A stretch of 64,000 nucleotides of DNA. Source: Dimorphilus gyrociliatus. Its lineage: Eukaryota > Animalia > Annelida. Positions 13,901-24,802 of the stretch are shown here, in pieces. The first letter of the stretch is position 1. Each line of letters begins with the position of its first letter. The stretch spans positions 2,678,335-2,742,334 of the forward strand of contig CAJFCJ010000012.1 in assembly GCA_904063045.1 (NCBI GenBank). The letters are read 5' to 3'. The notes under the pieces are model-generated. The model made no database searches, was not told the origin of the DNA, and saw only the letters and a list, made by a program, of their open reading frames with translations. The position numbers and the translations under genes were made by a program.

Positions 13901-14357
13901 ATATTTCTCATTAACATTCATTGGCATCAACAATAATACGTCTGAAAGGAATTATGAATACTTTACCACCAGTTGTATTTTACTATAAGGGTAAACTATC
14001 TACTCTTTTACCGTCTTTTGGATCGCATGCTTCGGCAATAAAGTGAATGTGGTCGTAACCCAATAATCTACATAATCTTTGGTGATAGTTTCCGGCTATA
14101 CCGCTTCCAAACGCCAAGTAGAGTGTCTTATTCATTGACTTAAGGACGACAAAGACTTTACCATAGATTGAAATATCATTTTCAATTAGAGGTTTTATAG
14201 AATAAGTAAACAAATTTCCGTTTAAATACGGCGCAACATCTGAATTGTCGGTAAATGAACAAGTCGAAAATCCATTAATCCCATTAGGAATTAAAGAGAA
14301 TAGAGTTGAAATTCGAAAGAGAACTATTCTCAGTAAACTACAAGAGACGCTAGACAT
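7935..14357 (-). CDS. GRL101/RXFP-like LDLa-LRR-7TM receptor, copy A, multi-exon. Architecture: signal peptide, SRCR-like repeats, C-type-lectin-like domain, 6 LDLa, LRRNT, LRRs, 7TM, about 150-aa cytoplasmic tail
   Basis: First exon MSSVSCSLL...LCRLLGYD (ATG 14357; an upstream in-frame start at 14387 is possible). SRCR-like VCQHFGYDSGTL at about 12590. CTL-like GCY...EASAECNKYNATL at about 12130-12250. Six LDLa repeats in 10250-11412, e.g. CDGEEDCYSGEDERNC. LRR + TM1-4 in ORF 9050-10306 (ITIERF), TM5-6 in 8693-9019 (ATNLCCWFP), TM7 exon 8675-8513 (LPLNSVINPLIYTF). Tail exons 8455-8412, 8350-8145 and 8078-7935 are all in phase. Confidence 0.9.
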
Positions 14358-14795
14358 TTTTGTTTTGATTGAATGAAAATGATACAAGGCAAATGATACA
14401 CTCTATCCTATAATGTATGATATTTCATATTCTCCATAACACATTCTAAATAACGCGTATTCAATAATTAGCTTTGATTTAACAATATCAGCTTCGAGTT
14501 GAACGAAACGTATAAAACTATTTATATTTCTTCATTTTTGAGTTTTATAAATAAATATTGTAAACTCCTATTGAATTGATATGAATTTTGTAGTTAATAA
14601 ACTAAATTTTACAAGCTATTTATTCATATTTATTCAACAGTAATTGTACTTTTTACTATACTAACCCTAACCCTTGTAAACAAAAAGTTATTTCATTTTT
14701 AACGTGTTTTTTATTAGCTATAGTTAGAAATTCTTGAAACTCATAGTCACTTTTCAACCACGGCAGCTAACGTCCTCTTCTCTTACGGATTTAGA

Positions 14796-17070
14796 ATGCG
14801 GTTTCCGTCTTTATGTTTCGTAATACTTCTGCTATCGGATACCTGCTCGACGGCAGGATTAAGGAAAACCAGTACGGTTTTTTTTGTCGACATTCTGCGT
14901 TTCGTCTGTTAATTTGTATACTGTTTGTCAATTGTTGCAGAGGGAAAACTAATAAATATCGCTAATCTGAAAAATTCGGCTACTTGCTCATCTACCTCTC
15001 ATTTCCCCGATTGGAGAGGTATTTCATTCGGATGCGACAAAGCAATGATTCCAAGTTGGGAAGGATTCGATGACTGGGTGACTTCTTGCCAGTTTGAAGA
15101 GTGCCTCAACGAATGGATTGCCATTGATTTTAGGAAGGAATACGATATACTTGACTTTTGCATAAAGCAAAAGATCAATATAAACCAAAAAAAGTTAGAG
15201 TTAGTTTCGGAGGAAATGCAGGCGCAGCAGTATACACGTTGAATGTTCGAACAACGTGCTTTTTATTAAAACAAGGCACAGGTCATTCAGTTTCTAGCAT
15301 TAAACTTCAAGTTGACGAACTTCATAGTAACCTTTAGAAACTTGGTTACGAGTCAATACTCGTCTTTGCTTACGACGGTATGTATAAATACTATATGTAG
15401 TGTATATATTATATACATGCAGAGTATACTATATACAGTATGATACTGCGTATTTTAACGAAATTCGCCCCTTTACATTTAAATAGACGAAGCGTTGATG
15501 GAAGATGATAAAATCTATACAAATGTGGCCGACTCTCTTTTAGGAGCAACTTGCCACCAAACTAGTTTTTCCCAAGAAAATCCATGTTCCAAAACTATGC
15601 AAGAGCTATATTACAAAGAGTGGACTTTGAATTGTGCGCCGGACTGCATTGGACAATCTGCCACTATAACGTTTGCATACCCAACCAAACCAGACCGTTT
15701 ATGCATTAAAAATAGGTATAATCGTTGAAATATGATGAAAATATTCACTTAAGAATGTTGTTTGCCAAACAACATTTGATAATAATAGAATAGAACCAGA
15801 CTCGTCTGTCAAACAGTTGAAAGTAACGTGGAGTTCTTTGCACGTTCAATTTATGATGTTGAAAAGTGGCTGGACGACAATGTGTTTAACCTATAATGGA
15901 CAATCGACGACGACAGAGACCTCCGTCCGACTAGAAATATTACAGATTGAACCAACCAATGGTGTTCTTGTCGGATTTGGTCCAATTCAAATATATGGTA
16001 ACGACTGTATATAGTATACTGTATTTGGTTAAGTCAGTTTCTTCCAATTATGCACCTTTTTTGTTTTTGCCTTCAGCCGCTGACAAGAAAGTCTACGCAA
16101 TAGACGATAAAACGAATTACGCTTACCCCGTTCCCGCTCTTTTACATAATAATTTCACTTATATAGCCTTCCGCGTTAAGGGTCAACTTGCTGGTTTCAC
16201 CGACGATTGTTCGTCCCTTTCTGTAACATTTACGAAGGATTCAACTATTTTAAATCGATTGCTGCTCGATCAAAAATCACCGAACGAAGAATCCCTCCTG
16301 AACATGGTGTATCCCACCGCTCAAAGTCATAAGTTAAGTCATGCAGGATCGTTGGTCGATTGCGACGAATGGAACGATTTCTGGTTTGAATTTACCGGAA
16401 GTCAAGTAAAATTCGGTATAGGAGATCCAAACGAACGTTCATATCTACAATCTATAAACTTCACTTCATCCGTAAACCTTTTGAAAGTAACCGAAATTGA
16501 ATTTCAAAATACCGAATCACCGTTGATTAACAATGTACAGATTCTTCGTATAGGTAAAAGTAAAATAAAACTTACTTTCTGTTTGTTGATCTCTACACTT
16601 AACTACTAAAACTACTTAAATTCTACCCAATACTTTCTTATTCCTCAGGCGGAAGACAGCTTACTCTGTTGGACAGCGTAAAATGTAAATTTTCGGCCTA
16701 CTACAACTTCTTTGATCAGTACATCTTCGTTTGCGTTCCACTCCATTCGGCGTCCTCTTTCCTGCAGTTGAAAGTTAAAAGTGACCAAGGCACAAAGATA
16801 ACTATCTATAATCCAATAGTTATTAAAACGGCCGACGACAGTTCGAGACAAACCGTCTTTAGCAATATGAACAACACCGAAAATGAAAAGTCCTCGTACG
16901 GACACTTGTGTCATCCTAACAGTGCAACGAACGACTATACTCTATTATCGTTCGATTGCCAACCAACAAATAATTTTAAATTAAAGGAAATCATCAATAG
17001 AGTTGTTTTGAATGGCAAAGAGAGTGTGAGTAAGCAATTGACTTGTCATTTATCCTTCTCGAGTTTGTAA
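14796..17070 (+). pseudogene. Secreted multidomain gene: signal peptide, two F5/8-type-C (discoidin)-like domains, a FAMeT/Methyltransf_FA-like domain and a further discoidin-like segment; disrupted in domain 1
   Basis: Signal exon MRFPSLCFVILLLSDTCSTAG (14796-14871). Domain 1 reads NIANLKNSATCSS...EWIAIDF, then needs a frameshift at about 15170 (QYKPKKVRVSF...) and contains an in-frame TAG at 15335-15337 before KLGYESILVFAYD. Domain 2 spans about 15487-16005. DCDEWNDFWFEFTGSQVKFGIG (about 16360-16425) matches the FW..W/F....i.vG signature of FAMeT-like domains. The 3' end is approximate. Confidence 0.65.
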
Positions 17071-17130
17071 CGACCCCCTTTTCAATACAATAACACAAAA
17101 ATTACAAGGTCGAAATAGATACGAATGGAT

Positions 17131-18618
17131 TTAAATTGAATCATTATGTTCAAGTTCATCTTTAAGTCTTAGTATGTCCTTAACAGAGACGTCTATATCG
17201 TCGTAGGTTGTCCTAAATGAACTAACGCTGATACGTATAACAGACTTTCCATTCCATTTTGCTCCGCCAAGCCAACAGACACCAGAATTCTGGATTGATT
17301 TCAACAGTAAATTAGTCCTATTGTCGTCCTTATGGCGTACAAGGATTTGATTAAAGACTATAGAATTTAAAATTTCTAATCCCTCCTTTTCGAGTTTTTC
17401 TCCAAAATAGACGGCTTTCTTGTGTAATTCCCATACCAATTCGCCAACTCCATCCCTACCGAGACTTTTTAAACTGGCCCACATTTCAATAGCTCTTGCA
17501 CGCCTCGACATTTCGGTTGTATAGACCATGTTATCTCGATTTTCGCTAACAATGATATAGGAACCTGTCATTTGCATCGAGTTGATTAATTGCTGCCTAT
17601 GTCTGCATAGGATGACGCCGCAATCGTACGGAGTATTTAAGGTTTTATGCCCGTCAACCGACCACGAATCTGCCAAGTCAACACCCTTAGTTAGATGATT
17701 GAATCTCTTATTCGCCATTGCAAATAGTCCAAACGCTCCATCAACGTGAACGTAGGCGCCAACCTCCTTTGCCCTCTGACAAATAGTTTGAAAATCATCG
17801 AAAGAACCGGAATTCACGTGTCCAGCTTGTAAAATTAACAACGTTCTACCATCCAGCCGAGGTAGTTGATCGGCGGTCATTCGGCCTTGGTCGTCAACCG
17901 GAACTTTAACGATATTCGCCGTACCGAATCCAACGATTGAAAGAGCCTTATAAACAGTTGAATGGGAACCTTCTCCCAAGACAACTTTTATTGGCGGTGC
18001 GTTAAATAGGCCTCCTTCGAAAACATTGTAGCCGGCTTTTGTTAAAAGATAGTTGCGTCCAACAGTCAATCCAATAATTGTAGCCGTTGAACTACCACTA
18101 ACAAACCCAGCGACAGTTTCCTCCGGTAGACCTAATAGGTCAACTAGCCATTTTTCAACAACTTGTTCAAGTTTACTGGCTACTGGAGACATGACAAACA
18201 GAGCGGCATTCTGATCCCAAACGTCAGTTAGCCATTTCGAGGCGAGAGCCGACGGTAGGATTCCTCCGCAAACGAAACCAAAGTAACGACCACCAGTTTG
18301 GGCAACACTTGCAGGACTGCCATAAGTATGAAGCGACTCTAGAATCGATTCAATATCTTCACCACCATTTTGAAGATTTGTATCAAAAACATCTAATTTA
18401 TCAATGGTACTTTGATCTGGATAAACTGGCCTATCATCAATTGTATTAATATAATCTGATGAATATTTGTGAGCTTGATCTAATGATCCGGCGATATCTT
18501 GTAATCTTATTCTCTCTACTATAGGGCTAATGTATTTCTCAGCCATTTGTTTACTTACATCAGCTGATCCTTGCCCCCCTTTTACTGAGTAATTGTTAAT
18601 CCCTTCAGTAGTAGCCAT
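17131..18618 (-). CDS. Intronless group II PLP-dependent decarboxylase (aromatic-L-amino-acid/glutamate decarboxylase fold), bacterial-type, 495 aa
   Basis: Motifs GGRYFGFVCGG, WLTDVWDQNA, GFVSGSSTA, VHVDGAFG and the PLP-lysine motif ADSWSVDGHKTLNTPYDCG, plus IRISVSS at the C-terminus. Uninterrupted ORF. Confidence 0.95.
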   Translation of the reverse strand: MATTEGINNYSVKGGQGSADVSKQMAEKYISPIVERIRLQDIAGSLDQAHKYSSDYINTIDDRPVYPDQSTIDKLDVFDTNLQNGGEDIESILESLHTYGSPASVAQTGGRYFGFVCGGILPSALASKWLTDVWDQNAALFVMSPVASKLEQVVEKWLVDLLGLPEETVAGFVSGSSTATIIGLTVGRNYLLTKAGYNVFEGGLFNAPPIKVVLGEGSHSTVYKALSIVGFGTANIVKVPVDDQGRMTADQLPRLDGRTLLILQAGHVNSGSFDDFQTICQRAKEVGAYVHVDGAFGLFAMANKRFNHLTKGVDLADSWSVDGHKTLNTPYDCGVILCRHRQQLINSMQMTGSYIIVSENRDNMVYTTEMSRRARAIEMWASLKSLGRDGVGELVWELHKKAVYFGEKLEKEGLEILNSIVFNQILVRHKDDNRTNLLLKSIQNSGVCWLGGAKWNGKSVIRISVSSFRTTYDDIDVSVKDILRLKDELEHNDSI

Positions 18619-20233
18619 TCGTAGCAGATATTACCATTTATTACGAAAATATTTGTCGATAGGATCTTTAAATCTTACGTTTACGAAAATAAAACAGGGA
18701 AATCTTCAACCTAAAATCCTACCCTGACACCAACAGTAAAAAGTCGGCTAATGTGAGAAATCAAACTAAGCTAAGGCTCCATCTAGTGTTAATAAAATAG
18801 TATAAAAGAAGTAAAAGCTATAGATTTCAAATTGTCACTTATTAAAAATGTCTTTAAAATCTTAATATATTAGGCCTATTTTTTCTTTCTCGCAATAAAC
18901 CATTTGAACCTTTTTCTTTAATCAATCCGCTTTAATCCTTCATTAGCAATGTCCGGAAGAAACTATCATCTGAACTCGAGTAATAAACCCCCCTACCCCT
19001 CAGATGGAACTATTACAGCTAACAAAGATCTCATAGATCAACAACAGATACAATACCCTACTTCGCATAACAATATTATTCAGTTAAGGTTAAATAACAA
19101 TGCCAACTGCCCACCCTGTAGACAACTACTGGTGGGAGACTCATCGATATTCAATGTTGGCAAGGTCAAATGCATGATTAATGAACAACTCTCACAACTG
19201 CGATAAATGTCAAGTTGTCTCTCCTGGCTACACCAAACAGTGTGGTAGAGGAGAAACTCAAGGATATCTGGTCTCAGAGAGTTGAATAGGACCCATATCA
19301 GAGCATATGAGAATATTTGGTCCTACCAGCATGAAATTCACGCCCATTAAGTCTATTGGTGTGGACAAAAGCTACATGAATAGATTATGCGAAATTCTAT
19401 GTTTTGGGGTCGAGACTAACTGGACTAAGGTACAGATATTTCTAGGCTACCAGCAAGGATGGTGTAATTAATGTTTGGGGGAAGAATGAATGGATTATGG
19501 TAAAAACTATTGAACTGAATATCGGGCACCTCGCTTAAACTATCAATGTGGAGATGGGGATATATAGTACTCACAAATAGTTTACATTTTCTATCCAAAC
19601 ACTTGGGTATACATCAAAAACATTTTTAATGAATTGTTAACTCCCAATTATCGAATATAAATGAACACTTTACCCCCTCAGTACAGACCTGAGGAAGAAA
19701 GGAAATAATTCAACATCATCTACAATTCCCAGTCGAGTTGTCAGTGCGCGTGGCTTACTTAAAATTTCAATAGGCTATAGTAAAGTTTTTACACGCATTC
19801 AAAATATAAACATTCAAGTCGTTGAATATGCAAAGTCTCAACACTATAGTTTCCCCTTATAGATGTGCATATGAAAAGTTAATATTTATTGAACATGTTT
19901 TAAGTATTCAACAACTTATGAAACTGTTAATAAGAAACATAATTTATAGATAAACGATGTATATTGTATATATTGTAAGTAAAAGTCATTGCAGTTCATT
20001 CGAATCAAAGATTTATGAATTGTAATCATTCAACATTAACAACTCTCTGCATCTGTATTTAGGATATTAATTATATGAATAATATCAATTGCAATTTTAA
20101 TATCTATAAATTTTCTTGTATCATTTGATTCAGAGCTGGCGACTTGCTTGCTTCTTGCTTGCTTATGCTTCTCGAGCATAATCTCTCTATGCCTTAATAT
20201 TTGACTCTCTATTCGACTTTAACTAGTTTACCA

Positions 20234-23200
20234 ATGGTTTCTACGACAACAACTACTACCTTGATCTTTATCATCATTTGTCTTCACTTATTTACAGATT
20301 ATGGATATTCAGGTTTGTTGACAAATATGTTCCTTTCACCCTCATCTATATTCTGGAATAATCGGAATGGCGCAACGTATAGGTGTTATCTGTACATAGG
20401 TTCATTTTGTAAATAAGGCGTTAGGTGCAGGGTTGTGGCTAACATTAACCCTAATTATTTAAAAGACTTGAAAGGGGGGAGTGGAGGAGAAACAAATGAA
20501 ACATAAATATTATCAATATTATTAAAATGTCATTGTATTGCATTTTCTTTTGTTTCTTTGTCTTCTACTCTATGACTTTTTTTTAACGATAGAAAAGCAA
20601 TGTTTGCCCGAAGGAAAGTGTTCGAGCTTTGAAATATGCGAAAATGGAGACTGCAAATGCAATTTACGGTATGGGCAAAAAATTTGCGATAACGGTAAGA
20701 TAATAGCTTTTTTTTTTAGCTAAACAGTGAATTATCTTCTCACTTATTATCTATTCTTAGCGAGGAATTTAGCTTTAAGAAAGTTGATGATACCGCTTGA
20801 CCTGCAAACATTGAGTCCATGGTATTTTTCTACNNNNNNNNNNNNNNNNNNNNNNNNNNNNNNNNNNNNNNNNNNNNNNNNNNNNNNNNNNNNNNNNNNN
20901 NNNNNNNNNNNNNNNNNNNNNNNNNNNNNNNNNNNNNNNNNNNNNNNNNNNNNNNNNNNNNNNNNNNNNNNNNNNNNNNNNNNNNNNNNNNNNNNNNNNN
21001 NNNNNNNNNNNNNNNNNNNNNNNNNNNNNNNNNNNNNNNNNNNNNNNNNNNNNNNNNNNNNNNNNNNNNNNNNNNNNNNNNNNNNNNNNNNNNNNNNNNN
21101 NNNNNNNNNNNNNNNNNNNNNNNNNNNNNNNNNNNNNNNNNNNNNNNNNNNNNNNNNNNNNNNNNNNNNNNNNNNNNNNNNNNNNNNNNNNNNNNNNNNN
21201 NNNNNNNNNNNNNNNNNNNNNNNNNNNNNNNNNNNNNNNNNNNNNNNNNNNNNNNNNNNNNNNNNNNNNNNNNNNNNNNNNNNNNNNNNNNNNNNNNNNN
21301 NNNNNNNNNNNNNNNNNNNNNNNNNNNNNNNNNNNNNNNNNNNNNNNNNNNNNNNNNNNNNNNNNNNNNNNNNNNNNNNNNNNNNNNNNNNNNNNNNNNN
21401 NNNNNNNNNNNNNNNNNNNNNNNNNNNNNNNNNNNNNNNNNNNNNNNNNNNNNNNNNNNNNNNNNNNNNNNNNNNNNNNNNNNNNNNNNNNNNNNNNNNN
21501 NNNNNNNNNNNNNNNNNNNNNNNNNNNNNNNNNNNNNNNNNNNNNNNNNNNNNNNNNNNNNNNNNNNNNNNNNNNNNNNNNNNNNNNNNNNNNNNNNNNN
21601 NNNNNNNNNNNNNNNNNNNNNNNNNNNNNNNNNNNNNNNNNNNNNNNNNNNNNNNNNNNNNNNNNNNNNNNNNNNNNNNNNNNNNNNNNNNNNNNNNNNN
21701 NNNNNNNNNNNNNNNNNNNNNNNNNNNNNNNNNNNNNNNNNNNNNNNNNNNNNNNNNNNNNNNNNNNNNNNNNNNNNNNNNNNNNNNNNNNNNNNNNAAA
21801 TATTTGTCGGTAATGAAAAGAGAATTTTTCATAAATTTTATACAAAATTAGATATATTTCCTCTCATTCTCCTCCTTTTCCTCCTCCTCCTCCTCCTCAT
21901 ACAGAAAATATCGCCCACTTGAAACCAGCCTTAGCGAAATGGACAGAAGAGAATCTAAGCGTGCTTACGGACGGAAATTTCATGCACTCTCCAACTATAC
22001 GATTAAGTTTGAATTTTTGGGTTGCAATTAATCTTCTCGCTTATTATAACGTGTACGGCATCGATATGAAATTATTGCCACCCATTGAGGCGGGCGCCAT
22101 TCCAAATCTGTTTGTCGAAATATCGAATGAAAATCCTTCGTTGTTGACGACTGCAGCTCTCTGTGCAGAGGGAATCGACGAAAGTTTATACAATAATTTC
22201 CTATCGTTTCTATGTAGGAGAGGTGGTGTGAAAGGTCAATTCATTATTTTTCGAAGCAAACACCTGACGTTCAGTCATATTTCTGTTAAGGAGATTGAAG
22301 CATTTGGACAGTATCTAAGACCTTCCAATATCAATAATACTAACATACTTTTGCACAAGCCAACATGGTCATCTAGCAGCCAGGAAATCCAAACCGAGAG
22401 TTTCGGGGCGACAGACGGATCCTATAGGTCTTATTATCTGTCGACCAACCACAACCATCCTTGGCTTAGGGTGGATATGCTTAAAACTTATAAAGTTTTT
22501 ACGATAGCCATACAAAATAGAGATCCTCTTTGTAAGTAAAATAACGGCGTAAATTTATCAATTGGTTCTTTCCGCCAATAAAACTTTCTTCCTTTCAACT
22601 ATTATTTAATAGCTGAAAATAGAAATCTTAAAATAATCGGATTAATATCGGATTATCAGCATTTCAACATTCACCAGAGTGATATGTATTCCAAAAAGTG
22701 CTTTGAAAATCAACACCCATTCGAGAGTGGTGAATACAGAGCTTGGAATTGTATGCATCCAACTCCTGTTGGTCGATACGCCATTGTCTATTTACCTTTA
22801 CAAGAATCTTTCTCCATTTTTCAAATGGAAGCATACGGAGAAGAAATTGCTAATGATGATCTCTCTCCTCTCCCAATAATCAAAGCTGATAGAAATTCAG
22901 ACAACGGTAGCTTTGACGATAGAGACGCCGAACAGCAGTATTCTATTAAAGCTGTCGATCAATTGCCGTTCAACGTTGATTGGCAACAAGTCTATTTCTC
23001 ATGTACTGGAAACTTTAAGGATAACCATCAGGAAGGAAGATTTACTATCTATCTAGATAATGTCTACCTTGTTCGACAGATTGTTCTTCTCTCCCTCCTT
23101 CCATTCAATACAAGTAAAATAGTAAATTTTTTTCTCTGATTAGCCTGTTTTCTCTACTGTTATTTTCTCCTTTAAAAGACAACTTTGAAGATGTACAAAT

Positions 23201-24238
23201 TGCAGTTGAAAACTCATTTATGCAACCGCAAAGGCAATTTTGCCATCTAGCAACAACGGTAAGAAGAGAGCATGAATTATACAATTGTAGTTTAATTGGT
23301 GATAGAATATCCTTTTACAAAATCGATGGAACAAACAAGATACGTCTGTGCGAAGTTTACGTTCTTGGTAAAAAGCAAGCCTACAATTCGGTCGGTATGT
23401 ACTGCATACTGTAGAAAATTCTGTTATATTGTCATGGTTAATTGTTGCCTTTTCCTCTCTCTCTCTCTCTCTCTCTCTCCCTCTTAGATTTGGGCACTGT
23501 AGAAAATGCAACAATGATATTCTCAATGGAAGGGTCTACACCTCATATGAATTCATTTTGTGATTATAGCACAAATGAACTTTTCTTCCAATTGAAAGTT
23601 TATCATAAATTGAACGGTGTCGGCTTTACACTAATGGAAACAAAGAGTTTTACATCCGACAAAGGTCTTCAGATTTTTGGTATTAATGAAAAACAAGAGT
23701 ATATTCTCTGCTCGCAATTTCGAAATCTTTTGAAAATTACCTCTCCAACACCATTTACATTTCCCTGTTCAAGTGAAATCATAGCGAAATATGTGAGAAT
23801 CTTCTCGTCTAGCGGATCCTTCAGAGCTTGCAATTATTATGTAATAAGTAAACAAGTGGTGAATAATCTTATAGGTTAGATTAATGACAATTTTTCAACT
23901 TTCTCACCTCTTTTCTCCTCTACATGTACTGTATTTTAATAAATACTGTCGCATTATATACAGTTAACTATCGACTGGAACAAGGAGCCTCGTCAATTAT
24001 TCCATCTCTTATCTATGCAACAGAAACTAATCTCAGCCTTCTCGACTGCTACAAATCCTGTATAAAAGATGACAAATGCGAATCTTTCGCTTATTCAACA
24101 GAATCCAAGGCCTGCATGTCCAGCAAATTTGAAATTCTATCAGAAGCTAGAGATCATTTAACAACGTCCACTAGCCTTTCTTATAGCGTAATGTATAAAA
24201 AATACGTTGTTCTGTCGCTCGTCTGCAATGGAAACTGA
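20234..24238 (+). CDS. Secreted EGF - (PAN, in gap) - multiple F-type lectin/F5-8C-like domains - C-terminal PAN/apple protein, tandem copy A; interrupted by an assembly gap
   Basis: Signal exon MVSTTTTTTLIFIIICLHLFTDYGYS|gtttgt. EGF exon CLPEGKCSSFEICENGDCKCNLRYGQKIC (about 20595-20694). FTP-like NILLHKPTWSSS...ATDG...HPWLRVDM. PAN-like LLDCYKSCIKDDKCESFAYSTESKAC near the stop at 24238. Exon-for-exon similar to copy B. Confidence 0.8.
20834..21797. other. Assembly gap (964 N)
   Basis: Run of N. By comparison with copy B it should hide the PAN exon and the first lectin-like domain. Confidence 1.
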
Positions 24239-24802
24239 TAAGAAGCAAATAGACAAAGTTGTTATGCACTATACAATATCTACCATATCATTTAAATAAT
24301 TTAATAAAGTCAACCGTAAAAATTGACTAGTTTCTATTCTGTTCAGGATGAATTGACTACTTTCCGATCCGTTATCCATGCTTCTATCACTTTATATACC
24401 ATTGATTAGAATGTTGCGAGTCGTAAATATAGGTCAGTGACTGTAGACTGATAGCCTACAATTTCCATTATCCAACTTAAAGGTTATAAAGAAGAAGTTG
24501 TTGAATTTAATTTCCACCTTTCTCTTTTTACCAATAATTCATTCTGATTGAAATTGTGACAGAGCTGTAGTCACGTGACAACGACTATTTTAACGTGGCT
24601 ACCGCAACGAAAGAGAAAAGTGTAAGCCTCTTATATAAGAAGCAAAGCTTTGTGCGGATGACCTATGTAGACTAATCTCTGTTCACCTTAAATTCATTCA
24701 TTCAAGTAGCTTAAAGGTTAAAAAGAGATTGAATCTTATTGTTACTTTCCGTCTACCTTTACAGCGGTGAAACAGTTGATAATTGACTTTTGAAAGTAGA
24801 AT

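Noticed and set aside
18949-19560. LLVGDSSIF resembling the GDS block of the SGNH esterase in LINE ORF1, within a CpG-poor patch
   Set aside because: A single short motif with no convincing GxND or DxxH blocks, and no RT or endonuclease nearby.
20727-21922. Four long ORFs of 356-374 aa across 20.7-21.9 kb
   Set aside because: They are artefacts of translating through the N gap.
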